Source of the DNA: Priapulus caudatus
Taxonomy: Eukaryota
NCBI RefSeq assembly: GCF_000485595.1
Contig: NW_014577064.1
Coordinates: 517,022-566,108, forward strand
DNA: 49,087 nucleotides
Direction of reading: 5' to 3'
The notes beneath the pieces were generated by a model. That model did no database searches. It was not told the origin of the DNA and saw only the letters and a list, made by a program, of their open reading frames with translations. Shown one piece after another: positions 1 through 12,145 of this stretch. Both the position numbers and the translations under genes were made by a program. The stretch's first letter is position 1; the number at the start of each line of letters is the position of its first letter.

Positions 1-382
1 ATATATATATATATATATACACCTGGTGTTACACAAGTAGTACCGGTAAGTATCAGAACAGTTGAGGTAATGTGAAAACGGTTGGAGAAAAAAAGGAGAA
101 ATCTCATTTCTCAAATTAATCAAAAAATTAATAAAGTTAGACAAATTTAATCTCACCCGACAGTACACATATTACTGATTACATCAGCATAAAATTATGA
201 TGGATTTTTGCTGTTATAACTTATAGCCTATAAAACGGTAAATGAACAGCAAACGTGTGCCTGCTTTCTTAAGATTTGCGATAATGGAATTTTTAAACAC
301 TCTAACAAAACAAATGCATATATAGTTACATGTTGCAAATATTTATAGACTGGTACCTATCTCGAAATGTACACAAAGGTAA

Positions 383-740
383 GGCCGTAATAAAAATATT
401 GTTTGTTTGCCCTCACCTGACTGACCCGCCAAAAAGGGGCCGACTCAAAAAGTGTTATTGATCTTTCCCATTCTTTTTTTTTACAAGTTGTATCACTGTA
501 CATTATATCCTGATTATATAGATCTGTAGGCAATACATTAAATATGTACCAAGCAAAACAAACATTCAACATAAAAGGTATCTCCATACAAGCACACCCG
601 AGCATGTAGACACTATCATCCGTCCATGCTGAATTTATAAAAAGACCCCCTCAAAAAACAGAAAAAAAAGGCTACCTACCTACCCAAATTTTTCAGCCTG
701 GGTCAGGTGAGGGCAAACAAAGATTTTTTTAATTGTGGCC
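383..740 (+). mobile_element. MITE with GGCC termini (PIF/Harbinger-like), copy 1
   Basis: Imperfect TIRs GGCCGTAATAAAAATATTGTTTGTTTGCCCTCACCTGAC / GTCAGGTGAGGGCAAACAAAGATTTTTTTAATTGTGGCC. Flanks TAA / TCA. A second, inverted copy lies at 22878-23196. Confidence 0.75.
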
Positions 741-1109
741 TCATTAACCTGGTATAGAGACAGGGTTCTAGTCAATGGCATCTTGCGAGAGCAAAAATCC
801 GCGCTATTGTTGCTGACATATGTCAACAGTGGATCAGTGCTCATATTGGTGAAAAGAATGAAGTGTGATAGTTCTATAACATGTTGGCCCTACTTTATGC
901 ACTTGGTGTTATGCAAGGAGTACGGGTAAGTATCAGAACGGTCAAGAAAATACGAAAACGGTTGGAACAAAACATCTGAAGTCCTCGCTTTAATTTAAGG
1001 TAATGCACGAGTGACCATAAGCTCGTATGAACACAGTTTGGGAGGTCGATAACTTGTGACTATCGCCCAATCGGTTTTGCGCTAACGTGTCTGTTTCCAC
1101 TGATCTTAG

Positions 1110-2178
1110 GTCGTTGAGTTTTCTGTCGCGGCCGTCGCTCGCGTTAGCAAGACTGTTCGCTGCGAATGCGACGAAGAGCGACTCTAGAGAGGCGGAGAGA
1201 AACTGTAAGCCGGTGAACGACGTGTTCTTCCTGAAGACGCACAAGTGCGCGAGCAGCAGTCTGCAGAACCTCTTCATGCGCTACGGTAAAAACCGCAACC
1301 TGACGTTTGTGCTTCCCTCCTACGGCAACTACCTCGGCTCTCCGGCGCGGTTTAGCTCGCGCATGATGATGCAGCATCCAAGCGGCGTCTACAACATCTT
1401 CTGCCACCACTCGCGCTACAGCGAGACGCAGGTGCGCGCCGTCATGCCCTACGCGACGTTCGTGTCGATCCTGCGGCGGCCGGCAGAGCTGCTCGAGTCC
1501 CTCTACTCGTTCTCGAAGCTCACAAAACTCTACGGCGTCGACTTTGACATGTTCATACGTCGGCCGGACGCGTACTTTGCGCGACACAAGCCCGGCCACC
1601 CACCCGCGATGAACACGATGCTGTTTGACTTCGGTCTCGACACCATCGACAGTCTCAATCGGGCGAAGGTCGACGCGAAGATCGCGACGATCGCAAAGCA
1701 GTTTTCGCTGATCATGATCGCTGAGCGCTTTGACGAGTCGCTCGTGCTGCTGCGTGACGAGCTCTGCTGGTCGTGGGACGACGTCGTAGTCTTCAAGCAG
1801 AACGCGCGCATCCGCAAGACGCGGCTAACGGAGGAGCAGCTGGCGCTCGTCGATGCGTGGAGCGCGGGCGATGCGGCGCTTTACCAGCACTTCTACCCCG
1901 TGTTTGAGGACAAGGTGAGGCGGTACGGCGCCGCGCGCATGCAACGGGATCTCGCCGCGCTGCACGAGCATACGCAGCGCATGTACGACCACTGTGTCGA
2001 CCATCTGGTGACACAGAAGGAGATACACGATCCCAAACTGAAGTCATGGTCGGCAGACGTCTTCAACTTCCGTCTGAAGAGCAACGACAGTGCCTGCATT
2101 GATCTCGCAAAAGCTGAACTGCCTTTCACCACCGAGCTCAAGCGGAGGCTGTGGCCCAACAAGAAATTTGTAGTGTGA
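1110..2178 (+). CDS. GAL3ST: Galactose-3-O-sulfotransferase family protein, large terminal catalytic exon (5' part not resolved)
   Basis: ORF 1087..2178 contains FLKTHKCASSSLQN (5'-PSB motif), ILRRPAELLESLYSF (3'-PB-like) and IAERFDESLVLLRDELCW, typical of Gal3ST/cerebroside sulfotransferases. Branch-like CTAAC at 1082-1086 and acceptor TTAG ending at 1109 suggest the exon starts at 1110; stop TGA at 2176-2178. No N-terminal TM anchor in this exon. Paralog not assignable. Confidence 0.9.
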
Positions 2179-3635
2179 TGTAAGTAATGTTGCTGCATTG
2201 CTACTGAGAGAACAGTTTGTGATTTTCCTCCACAGATATTTGTTCCTATTGGAACACTATCTGATGCATATTACAATACATGTATGTGCAGGGAAGGAGG
2301 AGATTTTTGGATGCCTTGATTTTTGGATGCTTGGTGTCTAGTGGTTTGGTTTGAGGATATTGTTGACTTCGTTTGCTACTCACATTGCATGTGTAGGTTG
2401 AAGTGTGCAAGTATAAAATGTGTTTTTGTGGATAATCATGTTTGTTGTGTTTGCGGCAGACGAGTAATAACACCTCGATGTATGAGCATTTGAGATACAA
2501 AGCTTCAACAATGTGAACAACCATGTTTGCATTTTCAGTTAAATTTCTTGGACCACTGCCATCATGTATGCCATACAATAGATGACGTTTTTCGTTTGCA
2601 GCTATGTTTGTTTTGTGTTGCTACCGAGAGAACCTTGCCTATTTGGCAAACACTACTAGCCAAGGTCAAAAGTTGTTTGGAAAAGAACAAAAGCACACAG
2701 CAATCATGCTTGATCTCGGATAAGCCAATAGGCAATATATAACATTAGTGGATTATTGTTGTTTTTTACCTTCTGCAGTTTTTTAGTGCTTTGTTGTCTG
2801 CATTTGGTCATTTATAGTCTTTAATTTATTGGTTGTTTGCTAGTGTTTCAGCTTGGCACCAGTTGTAAAGGTGTTTTTAACTACATAGAGGGTTTTCTAC
2901 ACATCTAGAACTTAGAAGTAAGATATGTTTATAATGTTGACAGACTCTTTCAGAAATACAGTGAGAAGAGAGGTACTGTGTGTAGTATTGGGGTTCTATG
3001 TGTACCAGTGTTATAGCCGGTTCGTGAGACACGTCGGGAGGTGCCCGACTGTGTGTAGGCACCGCACGTGATCGTATAGGTGTTCTAAACCTTGCGTTGT
3101 GTTATATTGTTCTTAACCTGTTAACCCGTTGTTTCGTTTCGTGTTTGCGTTTCCGCTTGAAGGAATGTCAGCTTCTCTTTGTCTCTCGTGCGACGTAAGG
3201 CGAGTAACGAATAACTTCACAGTAGACAGGCATGTCAGTTGGCTGCTGGCTGCGTATTTATTGCAAAAATGTTATTTATTGTGATACGAGCCTCCAATTT
3301 TGTGTGTGAAATAACCTGCTCAATCCGTGTAAACTTACAAATTACATATATGAGCGAGTTGTCATTTGTCTAGTTGTGGTCATAATTTACTAATTACGTA
3401 TTGACGAATTTACGTAACCCGAGTTGTCGTACGTGGGGTATTAGTATTACTGTGTGAATATACTGTGTGCATAAACATACACTTTATTTACACAAGCTTA
3501 TCCAAGTTACAGGATCAACAGAATTGTATCAATCCAGCTGATCCAGTCATCAATTTTTTATACTATCTATAGCTGTTTACATCTTTTAAACTGAATTAGA
3601 TTTAATGCGTGATGAAATTTCCCCTAAAATACCAG

Positions 3636-3673
3636 CAGGGTAGATAATTACAATATGTCATTATCTACCCCTG
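3636..3673. mobile_element. P-like mini-hairpin / excision footprint (GTAGATAAT family)
   Basis: CAGGGTAGATAAT...ATTATCTACCCCTG with flanks ATACCAG / ATACCAA (7-bp TSD, one mismatch). Confidence 0.6.
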
Positions 3674-4468
3674 ATACCAATAAATTCACATTAACCCAAA
3701 TGTAAAGGATGGACCCAAATTACATGTATTTATTTATCTCCTAATAATAGTAAAGGGATTGATGGTTTGGTCGTCTTCCATCGTAAATAACCTATAGCTT
3801 ATAACTTATAACAAAGGCACGCTGTGATAGCTGGTGCACGTGAAGAGTATATATAGGATATATATTATTTATGTGTATGTGCATGTGAATGTGTTATTAT
3901 CAGTAAGCATATTTGTGTATGTACAGTGTATATTTGTATTTGTGTATGTACAGTGTATTTGTATTTGTGTGTGCATGTCATTGTGTAACAGTTTTATTTG
4001 TACAGTGGAGTAGTATAATGTAGCATAATTTCTGACTAGCATTCTCTACCACTGGGTGTTTACCGCAACGTACCCAGGGTACGTTCCGGCAGTACCCTGG
4101 GGGACATAGACCCTATGAGTGGGATAGCAATGGCTACCCGGAGACCACAGCAATATCTGGGCACTTAAATTTTAAGTTGTTTAACGATAAAAGTGTTTCT
4201 CTTGATAGCACCAAACGAGGCATTTTTAAGGCTTGATTGTACACTCCGGCCATTCTCTAAGTGTTTAAAAAAACTTTCTTGTGATGTAAGGTAGGTTCAC
4301 AATAATAATAGCTACTAAAAACTTATGGCCAATTCGTTTCGTTTACATTCCTTTACACTCGATTATAGTGGCTGTGAAAGGTATTGTGACCTAGATTAGC
4401 CGATTGCACATTACACGCGGGTGGATCACATTTTGGAGTGCACAACTAGCTCAGGCATTGGTTGTGCT

Positions 4469-4865
4469 ATAGAGTACAGAAGTGATGACGTCACGGCGGC
4501 ATGACAACGAACCCACTGGTTCTAAGCAATCATATATGCTCTGGTAACATCAACTGTGTGAAAATGGTGTCGTGTTTTGTACCCGATTGTAACCATCATT
4601 CTAAGAGTCATTATTGCAGTTTTTATAGATTTCCAAAGGATGGAAGTGAAAAGCAACAAACAAACAAAAATCAAAAAAAAAAATCAATTAATTAATATTG
4701 TAAGATCGACTTGCTACCGATGCTTTACCGCTGTCTGCAGCGCACACACTCGTGTTTTACGTACGCACAACATTTTCACGCAGTTAATGTTATGGAGCCT
4801 GTGGGTTGTTTAGAACCAGTGGGTTCGTTGTCATGCCACCGTGACGTCACACTTCGGTACTCTAT
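4469..4865 (+). mobile_element. Non-autonomous DNA transposon with ~60-bp TIRs carrying a THAP-domain relic
   Basis: TIRs ATAGAGTACAGAAGTGATGACGTCACGGCGGCATGACAACGAACCCACTGGTTCTAA and its near-perfect reverse complement ending at 4865. Internal ATG 4564 gives MVSCFVPDCNHHSKSHYCSFYRFPKD; a downstream frame gives AVCSAH. Confidence 0.75.
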
Positions 4866-5370
4866 TGAGTCTGCTGCTACACCTGACAAAATAGAGTGAA
4901 TCGTATTAGAATGTGTGTAGAGAGTCGCTACTAGCAGCATTTTGACAGACAGTATAGGGAACCATGTTTTTGCTTGTACAAATTCAGAACGAAATATTTT
5001 CGGATCAGATACCATAGATCTCTTTGCTGCGTAGTGCATTATAAAACAATTTTGCATGTAGAATGAGAACAACCAATTTTGTTTTTAAGAATGTGGTTTT
5101 ATTATTTAGTAATGCTAATTCAAGTGTAAAACAGCAATTAAATGTTATTGTAACATGAGCAGTGATTATGTCGCCACAAGACCTACATGACAGTCAGTGC
5201 TGTCCACACAATATGTAAGCTAGAGGACCTGATCTGGTTTCATACAGCCTCTGTGGTAATTCAATCATTATGTAGAACCTTGCACTTGAACATAATTTGG
5301 ATTAATAGAGAAAATAAAATAACAATGTGATAAACATGCATGCTCTTTCTACGGGTTCCTCAAGATAGCA

Positions 5371-6492
5371 CAGGGGCGGATCCAGAGGGAGGGTCGAGGG
5401 GGTCCGGACCCCCCCTTTTTACCACAAAAAAAGGAAAAAAAGCATACACGCGCACGCACACACACACACACACACACANNNNNNNNNNNNNNNNNNNNNN
5501 NNNNNNNNNNNNNNNNNNNNNNNNNNNNNNNNNNNNNNNNNNNNNNNNNNNNNNNNNNNNNNNNNNNNNNNNNNNNNNNNNNNNNNNNNNNNNNNNNNNN
5601 NNNNNNNNNNNNNNNNNNNNNNNNNNNNNNNNNNNNNNNNNNNNNNNNNNNNNNNNNNNNNNNNNNNNNNNNNNNNNNNNNNNNNNNNNNNNNNNNNNNN
5701 NNNNNNNNNNNNNNNNNNNNNNNNNNNNNNNNNNNNNNNNNNNNNNNNNNNNNNNNNNNNNNNNNNNNNNNNNNNNNNNNNNNNNNNNNNNNNNNNNNNN
5801 NNNNNNNNNNNNNNNNNNNNNNNNNNNNNNNNNNNNNNNNNNNNNNNNNNNNNNNNNNNNNNNNNNNNNNNNNNNNNNNNNNNNNNNNNNNNNNNNNNNN
5901 NNNNNNNNNNNNNNNNNNNNNNNNNNNNNNNNNNNNNNNNNNNNNNNNNNNNNNNNNNNNNNNNNNNNNNNNNNNNNNNNNNNNNNNNNNNNNNNNNNNN
6001 NNNNNNNNNNNNNNNNNNNNNNNNNNNNNNNNNNNNNNNNNNNNNNNNNNNNNNNNNNNNNNNNNNNNNNNNNNNNNNNNNNNNNNNNNNNNNNNNNNNN
6101 NNNNNNNNNNNNNNNNNNNNNNNNNNNNNNNNNNNNNNNNNNNNNNNNNNNNNNNNNNNNNNNNNNNNNNNNNNNNNNNNNNNNNNNNNNNNNNNNNNNN
6201 NNNNNNNNNNNNNNNNNNNNNNNNNNNNNNNNNNNNNNNNNNNNNNNNNNNNNNNNNNNNNNNNNNNNNNNNNNNNNNNNNNNNNNNNNNATTTTTGCAT
6301 TCTAGACATCAAAATTACTGCTCAGATGCTCTCAGAATGCACCAATTTAAAAAAAAAATCTTGGGGGAGGTCCCCCAACCCCCCTAAGTGGCATTCGGCA
6401 GCTTTTTAAAACACCAGAAAAAGTAAGCATGAAAAAGTGCCCTTTATTTCTTCCTGGACACCCCCTTTTCAAAAATCCTGGATCCGCCCATG
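5371..6492. mobile_element. hAT-like non-autonomous element spanning an assembly gap, apparent 5-bp TSD
   Basis: Termini CAGGGGCGGATCCAG ... CTGGATCCGCCCATG. TAGCA on both sides (5366-5370, 6493-6497). Interior interrupted by Ns 5479-6290. Confidence 0.65.
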
Positions 6493-6936
6493 TAGCATAG
6501 ATGGTGTCTTTCAAGATATGAGTGGGCATAATACGTCTATACATAACACAATACATACTACGGCAAGGCTCTTAGACAGGATATTGGTAGAGCTTATCCT
6601 ATCTGTAAGTTAGGCGATAATGTGTAATGTTCAGGTGGCTTTTTTTTAAACCAAACTATAGTAATCCCTTCTCCTGCAAGGCTTCACAGAAACTGCCAAT
6701 TACAGCATGACACACCTTCAAACTAGCTCAAGATGTTAGAATTGACTAGTGCAGCAATCTAATCAACACTTGATGTATGTACTGTATGATTACATAATAA
6801 AATTTATATGTGATTATCTGAAATAGTGCACGTACTACTTCTAAAACGTGAGTGCTGTTCTACTAGTGTTGCAGTAAAACAATAACAAATACTTATACAG
6901 CTTTAAACCTTAACTGTTCAACACAGTGATGCACTG

Positions 6937-9900
6937 TCACTTAACAAGTGGTCTTGTTTGATCTTCGTCTGTGCACATTTGGCTTTTATACTTGCGCACC
7001 TCATGTAGGTATCGTTCCCACGGTTCTTTGGGCACCTAAAACACGAGAAGACATACTTCACTGCATGTTTGCAGCGTGTTCACTTGTATGAGAAAGGCAA
7101 GGTTTTTTTAAATTGTAATATAAAGTTGACAACATAATGCAAAGAAATTAGTCCACATACAATATTTTAAATGTACAGTTTGTCTAAACAATATGTTACA
7201 GATTCTTTATAATTGACAACTGTATACAAAATGCGGTGTTTGTACGAGCTGGTGTCAATGTCCAGACTGCATGACTATGATGATATGTTCCAAAACATTG
7301 TCTGTGTGAGTTGTCTACCTCAGCATCACCATCGTTCTTCTGCTTCTTCACAATGCCTGTTTTCAGGGCAGGTTTGCTTCCTCGTCGCTTACCGACCTAG
7401 TAAGATAAACAACTTGGACATAAGCATCTTCTAGTTCACTTTCCCAGCAATCTAGCCAGTGGCCTGAAATTGAAGACGCAGTCGTTTACATGATAACAAC
7501 TTTCCATCCCAGATTCATCACTGTCACGCCTGATCAGTGATACAGTTCTACAGCAAGTTACGTGCCAGTAACCTGCACACAATGAAAATTAATAACCATT
7601 AGTCAATTGTCACCTGTGAAAAAAAGAAGAATATTAATGTAACTGCGTGCTGTACTTGCATGCACAAGTGCAATTTTGAAGTCCTGGTGAATAAAACACT
7701 GTCAACTTTATTCTCACAGACCCACACAACTTAAACTTAACTACATATAACAATAGATGTTTAGGCTCGTTTTTCAACAGAAGTAACTGGGCAGTGTATG
7801 CCTTGATATGCTTTTTATGAGTATTGGCTGACACTATACACTGACTAGTGCTCTCTACCATACGAGACTAAATTCAACCTCGCTTAATTCGTATCAGACA
7901 GGACCTCGGCATTTTCTACGAATTACGTAATCAACGAATTAGACTTAATTCGTATTTTCCACAAATTCTATTTAATCCGTAGAAATCACGAAATAGATAG
8001 ATAATTTGTGTAAACAATGATTTATGAATGAAAGTTTTTACAATGTTATTTGTACATAGCTGAACAGCTGGATCGCGCGTTCGCTCGTACGCACTTGCCG
8101 TATACATATATGCATGCATGTTATACAAAAGTTATGTAAAATAACATGTATTTGTTCTACATGTATAAAGACTTTATATTGAAGTTTACACACATTCTAT
8201 ATTGAGCAAATATTGGTTAAATTTTATTTTATTTCAAACTTGGACAAGTACAGTACCTACGGTTCCACTTGCTATCACACAGAATGGAGAAAGCGAGCAT
8301 TTATGTACAATTGACATTTGGCAAAAGTTCACTTCTGAATCTCGCGCATGCTCAATGCATAACTACGAACTGGCTTATTGATTTTAATTGTTGAGCGAGT
8401 GGCAAAGTGTTTATAAATATTCTCAAAGATAAAATGTTGCTTGCATAATTTGATAAACAAACATCCCCTACAAATTACGTGTGTCATTGTGAATTGAATA
8501 ATGTTAATTGGACCAGAGAATTTTGTACGAATTACAGAATACGAATTATACAATGGAAATTAAAGAGAATAAAGCAGAGAAATATTGGGACCACATGTTT
8601 TTGTACGAATTAGGTATTCTACAAATAAGGTGATGACGAATTAAGCGAGGTTGACCGTATTAAAATTTGCAGTGTAGCACCAGTCTTCTCTATCAAGTAT
8701 TTTCATTTCATACAAACCACTTGACGATTGCAAAACCATGCGACAATCGCAGTTAGTGAAAACTAGTGGCAATAATAAAAATATTTTGTGTGTGTAAATC
8801 AATGGTGTTAGCAATAGACAACAAATTCAAAGCAAATTTAAACAGCATAGATAGTTGTTTAGATTTATATTGCAAATGAATGTTTGCCTGGTGATGTTCT
8901 TATCTTAACTGAAATTGGAAAATCATAGGTCTGACCTGTGGCTAGTGACTAATGACCTCATATATACCAGTGTTTTTAGATTACCACCATCTGTGAAATT
9001 AAACACCATACATGATGCCAATTCAAGTAATGTTGCTATTACCGAAATATGGAGAGGGCGTTTCAATACCATACTAGCTGCACCCGACTATGTCAGCTGA
9101 GATAAGCACGGTGTATTTTTCTGTATTTAAGTTATGACAGGACATGCATGTGCGCGTAATGACAAACAGACTAGTAAATAATGGCATACTGCAAAGGATT
9201 GAAAGTGCGCAGGTGAACGAGCAAGTAGTATGAGAACTCTGAAGGCCAAAAGTTATACATAGCAAAACTAGCCTAAATGTCACCTTTGGGAAATTTATTA
9301 TCATTTGGGCTACAACAAATCAATGTACTGGCTAACCAGCACACTACTGCACTTCTTGACCCCTACACCCTAACACAATGAATGCAGGTCATTGACCAGT
9401 GGGATTGTGCATTCTTTAACCCATTGTGTTTACACAGCGTCTTAAGTGATATGCAACTGCACTGCCTCTGCTTTATACACTCCCACAGAGTATAGGCCCC
9501 CACAGGTTGCTTTGGCTTCCGTAACGTGTTCTCCAGCACACATACTCGCTGTTATGAGGATAAGACTGTTAGTCTCATTCCAGCAAATTAAACTCATTTC
9601 TCAGTGTGTACAGGTATCAGGTGAAGCAAATTAAGATCACGTGCCTTGCCCAGTAGTATAACAGCAGTGGCCACAATGGGACATGAACAGCAGACCTTTC
9701 AGCCTGAAGTCAAGCGAGCAACCTGCTAGACCACCACTACTACCACCCTTAATTTGGCTATTTAGATGGAGATGGTGTGTAAGTTTTCTTAACCCCATAA
9801 TTTCTTTCCCCAGCCCAGTCTATCAGTGCAATAAGCTTGTTGGAGGTCAAGAAGTGAAGTATTTTGTAAGCTACGCATGGCACCCATATATACTCTCACC

Positions 9901-10533
9901 ACATGAACTGTCTGCCCAAATTATGTGTACTTATTGTACTTTATGTGTTACTTATTATATCACTTATTGCAGGTTACCATATAAAATGAAAGAAATTTAT
10001 TCATTACTTAACCATGGAGGCGTCTAATTATAACAAAAATCCTCCATGGTAGAGCTTACAACCCGTGTCCGAGCGCTTACGTATGACAACAAGCTTGGTT
10101 TCTTCACGGGTACAGTTGCTTGTGAACTGCTTTCAACTGCCACGGGGTTAGTTTCGGAACGATCATGCGAGCTTGAAGATATCTTATTGTGATTCGTAGC
10201 CTCTATACACGAATTAGAAGAATCTTCGGTGCAACTTCCGGAGTCGCTTAATTCTTTGTCAACAACTGCTCGTTGTTTCGCTGCTGATGTTGACATCGTC
10301 GTTGTCGCCACTGTCGGCGACGATGTGCATTCTTTGACATCCGAGACTTGGGCTTGCAAATCTAACACTAACAGCTTTTTCTTTCGCTCTTCCTCTTCCA
10401 TTTTCTTTCTAAATAGTTCCATAAAACTACCATCATTCCTGAATGCATTTTGCGTATTGCTATCTGTCGACGAATTGCGATTTTTAGCAATTTTGCTGGA
10501 ATGTGAAGACACTCTTCGCCTATGATCGGCCAT
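6937..10533 (-). CDS. TRIR: Telomerase RNA component interacting RNase (TRIR/C19orf43) homologue, 3 exons, 209 aa
   Basis: Exons (minus): 10533-10081 (NAFRNDGSFMELFRKKMEEEE...LLSY|GTAAGC), 7396-7319 (VGKRRGSKPALKTGIVKKQK), 7035-6937 (PWERYLHEVRKYKSQMCTDEDQTRPLVK*). All junctions GT-AG and phase 0. Motifs match recalled C19orf43 (NDGSFLELFKRKMEEE, VGKRRG, C-terminal TRPLVK). Confidence 0.9.
7870..8657. mobile_element. pogo/Tigger-like (Tc1/mariner) MITE in TRIR intron 1
   Basis: Inverted ends TCAACCTCGCTTAATTCGT / ACGAATTAAGCGAGGTTGACCG followed by TA. Internal repeats of TACGAATTA. Left extremity degenerate. Confidence 0.6.
9400..9747 (-). mobile_element. Degenerate tRNA-derived SINE (CORE-like)
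   Basis: Minus strand reads TGGTCTAGCAGG (A-box-like), GTTCATGTCC (B-box-like), then CTGGGCAAGGCAC, resembling the CORE-SINE motif. 3' limit uncertain. Confidence 0.4.
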
Positions 10534-10580
10534 TTTATTCTTAGCTCTTGTTAATGAGAAGTTTTTAGAGCAAGCACTCT

Positions 10581-10610
10581 ATTGGTTTGTCATTAATAGT
10601 GCTAGCCAAT
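10581..10610. promoter_or_regulatory. Two oppositely oriented CCAAT boxes upstream of TRIR
   Basis: ATTGG at 10581-10585 and CCAAT at 10606-10610, 48-77 bp upstream of the TRIR ATG. Confidence 0.4.
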
Positions 10611-10673
10611 CGTAAGCGTTTTTATGAACCGCAACATTTCTGATGACACAAATTACGTACGCTGACTGTATGC

Positions 10674-10723
10674 CATAGAGTTGTATAATAGTACATTATA
10701 TTATATTATTATACAACTCTATG
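10674..10723. mobile_element. P-like mini-hairpin / excision footprint (CATAG family)
   Basis: 17-bp perfect arms CATAGAGTTGTATAATA; perfect 8-bp TSD CTGTATGC. Confidence 0.8.
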
Positions 10724-10856
10724 CTGTATGCATATAATCAGGAGTAAGATAATATATAACATTAATAACACACACATATATATTATATTATGTAAACTGT
10801 TATTACAGCTCGGTCAGTTGACACTACGCCAAACTAGTCGTAAAGACACATACGCC

Positions 10857-10895
10857 CATAGAGATGTATAAATAGTTTATTTATACATCTCTATG
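10857..10895. mobile_element. P-like mini-hairpin / excision footprint (CATAG family)
   Basis: 18-bp perfect arms CATAGAGATGTATAAATA, 3-nt spacer; perfect 8-bp TSD CATACGCC. Confidence 0.8.
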
Positions 10896-10972
10896 CATAC
10901 GCCAAATAGCATAACTGCATGGTGGCGCCGCCCAGCGAATAGAGCAGTACATTTCAATGCCCATATGTTAGG

Positions 10973-10994
10973 CAGAGATTTATATTATGCTCTG
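10973..10994. mobile_element. Very short P-like footprint
   Basis: CAGAG...CTCTG, 22 bp, flanked by 7-bp direct repeat TGTTAGG. Confidence 0.5.
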
Positions 10995-11286
10995 TGTTAG
11001 GATTATTGACGCGTAGTAAACTAAGATAATATATTTGTTTACATTAAACCATCTCTATTGTTAATTATAAAACTCCAAATGATGTTTGACAGTATGTACG
11101 TAATTTTAGGAAGTAAAGTTTACGTAGGCTTTGTCTCAATAATTGAGTTCTTCGCGCACTCCCTGGACGTTTATTCCTCACGGACTGTCCAGTATAGAAG
11201 TAGAAGTAGAAGAAGTAAACGACCAAATAAAATAAAATGAATTTTTACATGCACAATTTTCATCAATATTGGATTTAGTTAAATAT

Positions 11287-11369
11287 CATAGATATCCTAT
11301 AACAATATTATGTTGTTATATGATATCTATGTTGTTATAGGATATCTATGTTGTTATAGGATATCTATG
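11287..11369. mobile_element. P-like footprint with triplicated right arm
   Basis: Left arm CATAGATATCCTATAACAA; right arm TTGTTATAGGATATCTATG present three times; 8-bp TSD TTAAATAT. Confidence 0.75.
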
Positions 11370-11869
11370 TTAAATATAGTTTTCTTTTTCTGCAAATAAT
11401 AAAGAAAAAGAATAGAGCAGAAAATAATTCTACAGTTTTTACTAAAATTTTCAATGTGTTGCTAAGAAGGTTCCAAAATTTACTCTGAACTTAAATTCCG
11501 GCTCTTGTGAAAAACTTCTTACCAACAAATGTAATTACTGGATTTTTTATTAAATATATATATATATATATATTTAATAAAAAAATAGATATATCTATAT
11601 ATATTCTTCTACCTATATATATGTATATATATATGCACTCACACACGCACACGCACGCACACACACGCACTCACGCACGTACGCACGCACAGGTACACAG
11701 ACCATTCTCGATCGTAATTTTAGCTACTATAGTTATCCCTTCCTTCTTCTTTCCCCATTCTCCGCCACATTTTAGTCTCTCATACATTCATACCTCATAC
11801 ATTCATTCCTTCGCATGCATATAAGATGGACGGATCCCAAACGGTAGCCCAAGAGATCGATGTAGATGA

Positions 11870-12145
11870 GGAAATGAGAAGGTGGAGGATGGAGGCATGC
11901 AGTAGACGAAAGTGGGAACGGGGGATGAGGTGAAGGAGGAGAAAGGTAGTAGAAAGAAGGAGGAGGAAATGTATGAGGAGGAGATTAGGGGGAGGAGAAG
12001 GAGGAGGAGTGAAGGTGACGGAGGTCGAGCAGAAAGGGAGAATGTGGAGGAGAATGGATGAGGAGGAGGGGAGAATGTAGAGGAACGTGAAGGGAGTAGA
12101 ACCGAAGAGTGTGAAAGAAGTGGTAGAGGAAGAGGATAAGAAAAG
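11870..12145. repeat. Purine-rich low-complexity tract
   Basis: GGA/GAA-rich degenerate repeat. Confidence 0.7.

Noticed and set aside
1144..2198. Several antisense ORFs over the sulfotransferase exon
   Set aside because: Shadow ORFs from GC3-rich coding sequence; no recognisable domain.
5340..6312. Long ORFs full of X here and at 39992-40952 and 43181-43861
   Set aside because: Artefacts of translating N gaps.
10011..10050. Hairpin ACCATGGAGG...CCTCCATGGT near the TRIR exon 1 donor
   Set aside because: Resembles the footprint class but has no matching TSD, so it was not counted.
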